From: Candidatus Omnitrophota bacterium
Lineage (GTDB): Bacteria > Omnitrophota > Gorgyraeia > Zapsychrales > Fredricksoniimonadaceae
Assembly (NCBI GenBank): GCA_903860135.1
Contig: CAIOPG010000004.1
Span: 85,558 to 149,557 of the forward strand
DNA length: 64,000 nt
Direction: 5' to 3'
Under the pieces are notes generated by a model that was given only the letters and a program-made list of their open reading frames with translations, did not search any database and was not told the origin of the DNA. Position 1 is the first letter of the stretch. Every line of letters begins with the position of its first letter. Both the position numbers and the translations under genes were made by a program. This document shows, piece after piece, positions 1 to 8,005 of the stretch.

Positions 1-274
1 GTCTTTCAAAAGGCCGGACATCCGTCTTTTCAATAAAAAAAGGCAGTCCCCGAAAAGTCCCCGCCGCGTACACTTCAGAACCCAGAAGGTTTTCAACCTC
101 ATCCGTCGGAAACCATTCTGCCGCCTCAAAGATGATCGGCTCCCCGTTGCGGATCCACTCCGGTTCATCCAGGTGCGCCGCGGTCATATCCGCCAGCTCT
201 TCCCCTCGCGGTGCCGTTGCGCACCCCGCCGATACCAGCAACATCAAAAGTAATAACACAGGTATGGTCTTCAT
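1..274 (-). CDS. Putative lipoprotein, partial (runs off the window start)
   Basis: Manual translation MKTIPVLLLLMLLVSAGCATAPRGEE... has a lipobox (SAGC). Its ATG overlaps the mlaE stop (TGATG). Not in the ORF track. Confidence 0.7.
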   Translation of the reverse strand, partial: MKTIPVLLLLMLLVSAGCATAPRGEELADMTAAHLDEPEWIRNGEPIIFEAAEWFPTDEVENLLGSEVYAAGTFRGLPFFIEKTDVRPFER

Positions 275-1065
275 CAATTCCCCCAGAAGGTCAGGATGAT
301 CTTGGTCAAGAGCGTATTGGAAACAATGACCCCGACGTAACACAGCGCCACCGCCGCGGTGGTATAGCGGCCTACGCCCATGGAACCGCCTGATGTGAAA
401 AACCCTTTATAACAGCAGATCCAGCCGATAATGACCGCAAAAAAGAAAACCTTGGCAAACCCGCTGAAAAAATCTACAAACGCGATACACTGAACGGTTT
501 GGTTAATATAATAAACAGGCGGTATATTCGCCTCATGGATCGCCACAAGATAACCGCCAAAGATGCCCATCAATTCGGAAACAACAACCAGGATCGGCAA
601 TACCACCAGGCAGGCCAGCATCCGGGGCACCACCAGGAATCCCATCGGATCAACCCCGAGCGTGCGCGTGGCCTGAATTTGACTATTGACGCTCATACTG
701 CCCAGTTCCGCCGCCATCCCGGCACCCGACTTCCCTGAAAAGACCAACGCCGTAAAAACTGGGCTGAGCTCCCTGATTAAGGAAAGCGCCACCAGCTGGG
801 CGATGAATTCCTTGGCACCAAAACGCGCCATCATGACCTGACCCTGCAGGGCGAGTACCGCGCCTGACGCGAAAGAAACCAGCGTCACGATCAACAACGA
901 CCGCACCCCCTGCTCATAGATCTGCCGAAAAACCTCATTCCAACGGATCCGTCCCGTGAGGAGGCATCGGACAAATGCCCCAAAAAAGAGAGCACCCCGT
1001 CCCTGCGCCGCGAGCTTGTTGGTGATCCAGGTTAGCATAACCATTTTAACGCTTCTTCCTCTCAA
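274..1065 (-). CDS. mlaE: MlaE-family ABC transporter permease
   Basis: Motifs IRELSPVFTAL, AAELGSM, LVVPR and GVGRYTT; multiple TM segments. True start may be slightly downstream (MVMLTW). Confidence 0.9.
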   Translation of the reverse strand: MRGRSVKMVMLTWITNKLAAQGRGALFFGAFVRCLLTGRIRWNEVFRQIYEQGVRSLLIVTLVSFASGAVLALQGQVMMARFGAKEFIAQLVALSLIRELSPVFTALVFSGKSGAGMAAELGSMSVNSQIQATRTLGVDPMGFLVVPRMLACLVVLPILVVVSELMGIFGGYLVAIHEANIPPVYYINQTVQCIAFVDFFSGFAKVFFFAVIIGWICCYKGFFTSGGSMGVGRYTTAAVALCYVGVIVSNTLLTKIILTFWGN

Positions 1066-1546
1066 GCCACAACCCGGAAAGTTCCCTGTTGATGCGCCCG
1101 GCTACCGCCGGAGATATTACCTTCTCTTCAACATTAGCCGTATCGCAAGTTGCTGCGGCCCCCCTGCCATTCTCCAAAAATTGCGCCACACTCCAGATCT
1201 CCGCCCCCCGATGACGGCACGCGATGGCCAGCTCGCGGTCATCGGTCACGCAAATGATGCGCCGCGGATCAACCGCATCTTCCACCATATCACGGATACA
1301 GTCATCCGCGGAAGTACCCTGGGTAAAAATCACCCTGATGTCAAGCTCCGCGCAAGGAGAAAAAACATCGTCGCGCCCGTCAAAAATAACGGTCACACCA
1401 TTGACTCCCCTGCCCTGCGGCCGGTGTTCCCGGATAAAATGGATCAACCCGGTACGCCCGTCCTCAAGCGTCTTACCCGCGGCCGGTCCACGCCGGGGCA
1501 GGCGGTACATCACATTGTACCCGTCGACCAGGAACTGTCGTGACAT
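1046..1546 (-). CDS. NYN-domain (YacP/Rae1-like) PIN-fold ribonuclease
   Basis: LVDGYN, VIFDG, SADDCI and VTDDREL motifs; start set at MSRQFLVDG. Confidence 0.85.
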   Translation of the reverse strand: MSRQFLVDGYNVMYRLPRRGPAAGKTLEDGRTGLIHFIREHRPQGRGVNGVTVIFDGRDDVFSPCAELDIRVIFTQGTSADDCIRDMVEDAVDPRRIICVTDDRELAIACRHRGAEIWSVAQFLENGRGAAATCDTANVEEKVISPAVAGRINRELSGLWLERKKR

Positions 1547-2465
1547 AAATAACCCCGCCAATAAGACCCGTGACAATGACAAAAAAGAAACTGATCAGGC
1601 TGAGCCCCAGAGCCGTCCCCTGCCCCACCCCGATCTTGGCCAAAAGATACACCCAGCCGATCTCGCGGACGCCAAGCCCACCGATGGAGGGCAGAAACGT
1701 CGCGGCTGAAACCAGTGGCGAGAAAATCAGGAACGGTAATAAAGGAACGTCCTGATGAAGTGCCCTGGCGATCAGAAAAAACATACCTGCCCCGAGAACC
1801 TGGATCAAACAGGAAAACGCAATGCAGCTGAATCCCGTACGTTTCTTGCCGCGCATCAGCATGACATCCTGATGCATTTCCAGGATACCCTGCTGAAGTT
1901 TCGGAAACCTGGCCACGAACCTTCCAAAGAAATGATAGATCCCCTGGTTAAAAAGCATCCCGCCGACGACAAACGATAATACCGTAAGTGCCACGACCGG
2001 AATCAGAACAGATGGCGCATCTATGAGAGAGCTCCCGGCCGCATACGCCAGCGCCGCCACAATGACCAGCCCGGCAAACCCGCTCAGGCGGTCAAGCACA
2101 ACCGATGCGAACACCTTCGGTTTTTGCCCGACCCCGCGGCTCAACCCGATCGCCTTGACAAGATCGCCGCCGATGGATGTCGGCAAAAAAAGATTGCAAA
2201 AAAGGCCGATAAAAAAATACCGGCAGGTCAGCCCTATCGGCGCGTCCAGGTTCAGGGCGCGCATGAACAGGTACCAGCGCAGAAGGATCGCCACCTGAAT
2301 CAGAAAATGAAGAAAAGCCGCTCCGAGCAAAAGCCCGACATCCGCGTTGCGCAAGACCGCGATGGTATCGCGCCAATTGATGAATGAAAAAACCCACGCC
2401 AAAAGCCCGGCGCTCAAGGCAAAGCGGCCTATAAATGAAAGCGTATTCTTGATGCGTTCAGTCAT
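1473..2465 (-). CDS. Lysylphosphatidylglycerol synthase TM / flippase-like (UPF0104) membrane protein
   Basis: NLFLPTSIGGD, SVVLDRLSG and PSIGGLGVRE motifs. Confidence 0.85.
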   Translation of the reverse strand: MTERIKNTLSFIGRFALSAGLLAWVFSFINWRDTIAVLRNADVGLLLGAAFLHFLIQVAILLRWYLFMRALNLDAPIGLTCRYFFIGLFCNLFLPTSIGGDLVKAIGLSRGVGQKPKVFASVVLDRLSGFAGLVIVAALAYAAGSSLIDAPSVLIPVVALTVLSFVVGGMLFNQGIYHFFGRFVARFPKLQQGILEMHQDVMLMRGKKRTGFSCIAFSCLIQVLGAGMFFLIARALHQDVPLLPFLIFSPLVSAATFLPSIGGLGVREIGWVYLLAKIGVGQGTALGLSLISFFFVIVTGLIGGVIYVTTVPGRRVQCDVPPAPAWTGRG

Positions 2466-3367
2466 GTCGCGGCACCCTCCAGTGCCCTGCTATAAACTTG
2501 TTCAGCAAGAAAAGAACTTCTGACCAGCGGACCGGATACCACCTGGGCCAACCCCAGCGCCAGGCCTTGCTGACGGTACATCTCAAACACCCCGGGCTCA
2601 ACAAAACGCGCCACAGCCCGCTGACGCCCATCGGCCGTCGGTGCCAGGTACTGGCCGATCGTCACAATATCACAACCGGCGGCCTTTAATTCTGCCAGCG
2701 CTTCCACTACCTCATGATCCGTCTCACCGAGCCCGACCATAAGCCCTGACTTGACAAGGCCTGCGCCAACCAGCGATCTCGCCAGGGCGAGTGCCCGGAG
2801 CGAGCGGTCATGATCTGCCTGCGGCCTTAACGCCCTGGAAAGCCGGCGGACCGTTTCAATGTTGTGCCCTACCACATCCGGCCCGGCTTCAGCCACCACC
2901 CCATAGCAGTCTGCGCGCGCCGAAAAGTCCGGCACCAAAAGCTCAACTTTAACTTGCGGCACCGTGTCCCGGAGCGCCCGTACCGTCCGGGCAAAATGCC
3001 CCGCGCCTTCATCTTCAAGATCATCACGCGTCACGGAAGTGATAACAACATACCGTAACCCCAGCGCCTGCACCGCCCCGGCCATCCTCCGCGGCTCATC
3101 CTCCTCCACAGGGTCAGGCGTCCCGGTTGCCACCGCGCAAAAAAGGCAGGCGCGTGTGCACGTGCCGCCCAGGATCATAAATGTCGCTGTGCCGCTGTTC
3201 CAACACTGCCCCATATTCGGACAGCGCGCCCCTTCGCACACCGTATGCAACCCGCCTCCACGCAACACGCCCCGCATGCGCTCAAACGCGGCACGATCGG
3301 GCAACGCCTGGCGAAACCAAGCAGGAAGCCTGTTCCCGCCTGAGACACCAGGCGCAGGTTCAGGCAC
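2462..3367 (-). CDS. lipA: Lipoyl synthase
   Basis: CEGARCPNMGQC plus radical-SAM CTRACLFC, VTRDDL and PLVRSS. Confidence 0.97.
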   Translation of the reverse strand: MPEPAPGVSGGNRLPAWFRQALPDRAAFERMRGVLRGGGLHTVCEGARCPNMGQCWNSGTATFMILGGTCTRACLFCAVATGTPDPVEEDEPRRMAGAVQALGLRYVVITSVTRDDLEDEGAGHFARTVRALRDTVPQVKVELLVPDFSARADCYGVVAEAGPDVVGHNIETVRRLSRALRPQADHDRSLRALALARSLVGAGLVKSGLMVGLGETDHEVVEALAELKAAGCDIVTIGQYLAPTADGRQRAVARFVEPGVFEMYRQQGLALGLAQVVSGPLVRSSFLAEQVYSRALEGAAT

Positions 3368-3872
3368 AGGCTTTTTCTTTCTTTTTCACCGGTACGGATA
3401 ATTTCTCCACGAACGCATCCATCTCGGGTCTGGTCGCGTAATCGATGATCAGCCGTCCTTTTAAATGATCGATCTCGTGCTGAAATATCTTGGCGGGAAG
3501 CCCGGTTAAATCCACATCAAGGATCTCATTGTCTTCGTTCATATAGCGGACACGGATTTCCGCGGGCCGCTTCACCTTAATATGAATGGTCGGTAAACTC
3601 AGGCAGCCTTCCTCAAGGACAGTCATCCTCTCCGAGCAGCGGAGTATCTCCGGATTAATGACCGCAAACGGCCCCTCACCGACATCGGCGACAAAGATGT
3701 TTTCCACGATCCCGACCTGATTGGCCGCCAGGCCCCTGCCGTCAAAAGCGTACATGGCCGGGATCATTTCCCGGATGAGAAGCTTCTCCGCAGGACCGAC
3801 AGACACAACAGGTTTTGCCTGTCGGCGCAAGCAGGGGTCGCCGTAAGGTCTAAGCTTTAATCGTGTTGTCAT
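3360..3872 (-). CDS. def: Peptide deformylase
   Basis: GLAANQVG, EGCLS and QHEIDHL motifs. Confidence 0.97.
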   Translation of the reverse strand: MTTRLKLRPYGDPCLRRQAKPVVSVGPAEKLLIREMIPAMYAFDGRGLAANQVGIVENIFVADVGEGPFAVINPEILRCSERMTVLEEGCLSLPTIHIKVKRPAEIRVRYMNEDNEILDVDLTGLPAKIFQHEIDHLKGRLIIDYATRPEMDAFVEKLSVPVKKKEKACA

Positions 3873-4200
3873 CGTTCAAATAAACCGTTGTGGTTTTCAT
3901 CCCCCGGGCTTCTTCGGGCGTCACCAGCGCATAGCTGACAATGATGATCCGGTCCCCCACATATCCCATGCGGGCGGCCGGACCGTTCAGGCAAAAATGG
4001 CCGGAACCAGCCTTGCCGGCGATAACATAGGTCTCAAGGCGGGCACCGTTATTGACATTGAATATCTCGACCTTTTCACCAGGGATGATCCCGGCGGCGG
4101 CAATGATCGCTGCGTCGATGGTGATACTGCCCTCATAATAAAGTTCCGACGCGGTGATGCGCGCGTGGGCGATCTTGGATTTGCAGAACGTTAACAACAT
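3850..4200 (-). CDS. panD: Aspartate 1-decarboxylase
   Basis: KSKI..., YEGSITID cleavage site, NNGARLETY and CLNGPAAR. Confidence 0.96.
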   Translation of the reverse strand: MLLTFCKSKIAHARITASELYYEGSITIDAAIIAAAGIIPGEKVEIFNVNNGARLETYVIAGKAGSGHFCLNGPAARMGYVGDRIIIVSYALVTPEEARGMKTTTVYLNDDNTIKA

Positions 4201-4224
4201 ACGTCAGATAACTCCTTCACGGCC

Positions 4225-4548
4225 CTAAATGTGAGCCTTCAGTTTCTCCATGAGGCGCACCTTCGGGAGCGCTCCGACCATCCGGTCAATTTCTTTCCCG
4301 TTCTTGAAAATAAGCAAGGTCGGAATGGAGGCCACATCAAACTGGGCCGCCAGGTCAGGCGCTTCATCCACGTTGATCTTGGCCACCTTCGCCTTGCCCG
4401 CCAATTCAACCGCAATCTCCTCGACAATCGGCAGGACCATACGGCACGGCCCGCACCACTCGGCCCAGAAATCGACCAGGACCGGTACAGAAGACGTCGC
4501 CACCTCGGCTTCAAAGTTCGCCGCCGTCACTTTTATTGCAGAACCCAT
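4225..4548 (-). CDS. trxA: Thioredoxin
   Basis: WCGPC active site; SIPTL. Confidence 0.97.
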   Translation of the reverse strand: MGSAIKVTAANFEAEVATSSVPVLVDFWAEWCGPCRMVLPIVEEIAVELAGKAKVAKINVDEAPDLAAQFDVASIPTLLIFKNGKEIDRMVGALPKVRLMEKLKAHI

Positions 4549-4743
4549 AATAACCCCCCTTTATTTGAAAAACATTATAATGACCCCTGAAACAAGCGCA
4601 AGGACTTTCCCAAGCCTTATCGAGCAGGGTTCAACAAGGCAAAAGGTAAAAAATATGTTAAACTTCCTACGGATGCCAAGACTTCGATTATAATTACATG
4701 GTCGAACCGCCTACTGAACCTTTTTGAACAAGGATGCGGCCTT

Positions 4744-6078
4744 ATGAAGGATAAAATCACGAAACTATTTGTCCTTGATACCAATGTCATCTTGCATGAC
4801 AGCGCCTGCCTGCGGCAGTTCAAGCACCACGATATTGTCCTTCCGATCACGGTCCTCGAGGAACTCGACAAGTTCAAGAAAGGCAACGAAACCCTTAATT
4901 TCCACGCCCGGCATTTCCTTAAGGAGATCGACAGGATCTCGAGCAGCGGCTTCATCGACGGAGGTCTGCCCATCGGCCGCCATAACGGCAAACTCATCAT
5001 CAAACTTGACCAGCAGTTTCACCCTGACCTGCGCCCGCACTTTGACACCGATAAGCCCGACCACAGGATCTTAAACTGTGCCTATACCCTCGCGCGGGAA
5101 AACCCGGGCAGGAGCGTCACGCTCGTCACTAAGGACGTCAACCTGCGCATGAAGGCCAAGGCGGTACAGCTCATCGCCGAGGATTACACCACTGACCATG
5201 TGAAGGATATTTCGGCTATCTACAAGGGTTATCGTTTCGAGGAGAATGTGTCGCGCGAGGTCATTAACCAGCTCTGCCACGATCCTGCTGGCGTGTCGCC
5301 CAAGAAATTAAAGTCGCGGACGAAGTTCCTGCCCAATGAATGTGTGGTCATGCGCAACAAGAAAATGTCCGCCCTAGGGCATGTCGACCCGTCGGATATG
5401 ATGATCCGCCATATCACCCGGCACGACGCCTCGGGCATCAAGCCGCGCAATGTGGAACAGGTATTCGCGCTCCATGCCCTGACCAACGACAACCTGCGCT
5501 TGGTGACCGTATCCGGCAAGGCCGGCACCGGCAAGACCTTGCTGGCACTGGCCGCCGCGCTCGAACAGCGCAACCACTACAAACAGATCTTCCTGTCCCG
5601 CCCGATCGTGGCCCTGTCCAACAAGGACCTTGGCTATCTTCCCGGCGGCGTGGATGAGAAAGTCGGCCCCTACATGCAACCGCTCTACGACAACCTTGGC
5701 GTGATCCAGGACCGCCTGATCGACCCCGCCGAACGCCGCGCCAAGAAATTCCAGAAACTGCTCGATGAAGAAAAACTCGTCATCGCCCCCTTGGCCTACA
5801 TCCGCGGCCGGAGCCTGGTCGACACCTATTTCATCGTCGATGAAGCCCAGAACCTCACACCCCACGAGGTCAAGACCATCATCACCCGCGCCGGAGAAAA
5901 CACCAAAATGGTCTTCACCGGAGATATTTTCCAGATCGACCACCCGTACCTTGACATCTATTCCAACGGCTTAAGCTACCTGATTGACAAGATGCAGGGC
6001 CAGAAACTCTACACCCACATCTTCCTCGAAAAAGGCGAACGCTCCGAGCTGGCGGAGCTGGCGAGTGATCTATTATAA
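4744..6078 (+). CDS. PhoH2/YlaK-type PIN domain + PhoH ATPase
   Basis: N-terminal LDTNV PIN motif; GKAGTGKT, LGYLPG, RGRS and DEAQN. Confidence 0.95.
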   Translation: MKDKITKLFVLDTNVILHDSACLRQFKHHDIVLPITVLEELDKFKKGNETLNFHARHFLKEIDRISSSGFIDGGLPIGRHNGKLIIKLDQQFHPDLRPHFDTDKPDHRILNCAYTLARENPGRSVTLVTKDVNLRMKAKAVQLIAEDYTTDHVKDISAIYKGYRFEENVSREVINQLCHDPAGVSPKKLKSRTKFLPNECVVMRNKKMSALGHVDPSDMMIRHITRHDASGIKPRNVEQVFALHALTNDNLRLVTVSGKAGTGKTLLALAAALEQRNHYKQIFLSRPIVALSNKDLGYLPGGVDEKVGPYMQPLYDNLGVIQDRLIDPAERRAKKFQKLLDEEKLVIAPLAYIRGRSLVDTYFIVDEAQNLTPHEVKTIITRAGENTKMVFTGDIFQIDHPYLDIYSNGLSYLIDKMQGQKLYTHIFLEKGERSELAELASDLL

Positions 6079-6127
6079 ACTGAATGATGCCACAGCGATA
6101 TAATGGTTAATATTCTTCAGTTAATAT

Positions 6128-6916
6128 TTATTTCTTTCTGGCAACGAAGAATAACGTACTCCCCGTTTCCTCATCCATAACATAAAATCTTTTAAACCAA
6201 CGCGCCATCACCTTACCCCTTAAGCTCGACGGGAACAATAAAAGACGGCCAAAAAGCTTTCGCCATAACATCGAACAAGCCCCTGAAAACGTAAAAAGAT
6301 CACATATTTCAGTGACTGAACGTGGATGAATATATTTTCGATCAAGGATATCAAAATTATTTTCTTGCAGCCGCCGCGTCCAGATAGCCATAGAGTCAAT
6401 ATGCTCATGATGCCAAATCCTGTGTTTTAGGCGCGCATACATGACTGACAATTGCTTGAATCCAATCAATCTGAAAATCCTCCCAAATAAGAAATGCTCG
6501 GAAAGGTATTCGCTGGGAACGGTAAAAACGAGCGTTCCTCCTGGCTTAAGCACCCGCGCAAGTTCCGCCAAAGCTTGATCAATATCTGTCACATGCTCCA
6601 AAACACTATTGGATAACACATGATCAAACGTATTATTCTTAAAAGGGATTGCTGTGATCTCACAAGCAATGAGATCGTGATAAATGCCTAAAGAACGGGC
6701 CTTCTTCAATTCACCCGGATCATGATCAATACCCGTGATCACCTTGCCTTCTGTATTCTTAAAAAGAATCCTTGCCAATAACCCATCACCACACCCCGCA
6801 TCAAGGATCTTCCCACCCAAAGGGACACGTCCAATATGCCTGCAATCAACCGCCCGGATTAATCCCAGCGGGACAGGTGCCAACGTCAAATATTGCTGTA
6901 AATAAGTATCATCCAA
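6128..6916 (-). CDS. Class I SAM-dependent methyltransferase
   Basis: LDAGCGDG, NSVLEHV and RVLKPGG; AT-richer than its neighbours. Confidence 0.9.
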   Translation of the reverse strand: MDDTYLQQYLTLAPVPLGLIRAVDCRHIGRVPLGGKILDAGCGDGLLARILFKNTEGKVITGIDHDPGELKKARSLGIYHDLIACEITAIPFKNNTFDHVLSNSVLEHVTDIDQALAELARVLKPGGTLVFTVPSEYLSEHFLFGRIFRLIGFKQLSVMYARLKHRIWHHEHIDSMAIWTRRLQENNFDILDRKYIHPRSVTEICDLFTFSGACSMLWRKLFGRLLLFPSSLRGKVMARWFKRFYVMDEETGSTLFFVARKK

Positions 6917-7154
6917 GATCTAACAACTCCACTTAAGGAACACCCTCACGGCATCCCGTGTCTTTCTAACGCCCTTATTCTTGCCTATATAAACTCGGCT
7001 TATGCCGCAGGCATAGCCCGGCGCGTCATCATATACAGCCACTGAGCATGATTCAATGACAATTACCTATTGTTGCCCTGATAAACCCCTCTTACACGAC
7101 CGTAGCCACGTCCAACAAATATCTCGGCGTGATGCCAGAGACACCTGATCGACC

Positions 7155-7201
7155 AAGGCGAACGCTCCGAGCTGGCGGAGCTGGCGCGTGATTTGTTGTA
7201 A
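7155..7201 (+). repeat. Duplicated 3' end of the PhoH2 gene
   Basis: 7155-7186 is identical to 6032-6063 (32 bp), then CGTGATTTGTTGTAA vs AGTGATCTATTATAA; both encode GERSELAELA(R/S)DLL*. Confidence 0.9.
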
Positions 7202-7203
7202 TT

Positions 7204-7240
7204 GCAGGGGCGGGTTCCAAACCCGCCCTTTTATAATATC
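7204..7240 (+). repeat. REP palindrome (copy 1)
   Basis: GCAG-GGGCGGGTTCCAAACCCGCCC-TTTTATAATATC; differs from 7854-7890 by one base. Confidence 0.9.
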
Positions 7241-7799
7241 AGAACACCCTATAATAATCATCCAATCCCCATGAAACCGGATTGGTAATAATATATTCAC
7301 GAATACGTTTTAGATCAACTTCATGGCGAATGATATGTTCATAAAAATCACGCTGCCATAATGAAATCCCTGGAGAATGCTTGATTTGATTAACGCGTTG
7401 GGCTGAAAATGTTTTAAATTGTCGAACAATCTCTGACAATCCGTGCGATATCAGGATGGGTTTGGAGGCATTTATAAGGGCGGGTTTGGAACCATTTATC
7501 AGGGCGGGTTTGGAACCATTTATCAGGGCGGGTTTGGAACCCGCCCCTACAATATGAATGATGCCGTGGAAATGATTGGGCATAATGACGAATTTATCTA
7601 ATGCGATATTTTTATTATGCCGAGGTAAATCTGTCCATGTCCATTCAACAGCGTTTCCCACATCATTCAATATCATCTCACCATCATGAATATGACCGAA
7701 AAGGCAACCGCGATCTTTCGTACAAATGGTAATAAAATAGGCTCCAGGCTTGGTGTAATCATAATCTTTTAACCGTCTCGATTTTCGATTGCCCGGCAT
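7239..7799 (-). CDS. REP-associated tyrosine transposase (RAYT, Y1 HUH)
   Basis: RKSRRLKDYDY, YFITICT, MPNHFHGI (HUH), WQRDFYEHIIR and YIITNP. Confidence 0.93.
   Translation of the reverse strand: MPGNRKSRRLKDYDYTKPGAYFITICTKDRGCLFGHIHDGEMILNDVGNAVEWTWTDLPRHNKNIALDKFVIMPNHFHGIIHIVGAGSKPALINGSKPALINGSKPALINASKPILISHGLSEIVRQFKTFSAQRVNQIKHSPGISLWQRDFYEHIIRHEVDLKRIREYIITNPVSWGLDDYYRVF
7449..7550 (-). repeat. Intragenic GTAG-REP followed by 24-bp tandem half-REP repeats
   Basis: Minus strand reads GTAGGGGCGGGTTCCAAACCCGCCCT, then (GATAAATGGTTCCAAACCCGCCCT)x2 and one degenerate unit; encodes the GSKPALIN repeats. Confidence 0.9.
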
Positions 7800-7853
7800 G
7801 AAAATCCTCTTTGCCTGTGAATAGACATCGTGTTCCCATATTCCAACAATCCC

Positions 7854-7890
7854 GTAGGGGCGGGTTCCAAACCCGCCCTTTTATAATATC
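7854..7890 (+). repeat. REP palindrome (copy 2)
   Basis: GTAG-GGGCGGGTTCCAAACCCGCCC-TTTTATAATATC. Confidence 0.9.
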
Positions 7891-8005
7891 AAAAATAATG
7901 AATAATAATGCCAGATACCATTATTAGATTGTCTATTACCCATCAATCAAAATTCAAAAATAAGATCATCAAAAAGTTTTGCCCTGTCCCATTCTCTGAA
8001 AACAT

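Noticed and set aside
6920-7065. Possible glycosyltransferase C-terminal remnant upstream of the methyltransferase
   Set aside because: The open frame is short and the similarity is too weak to support.
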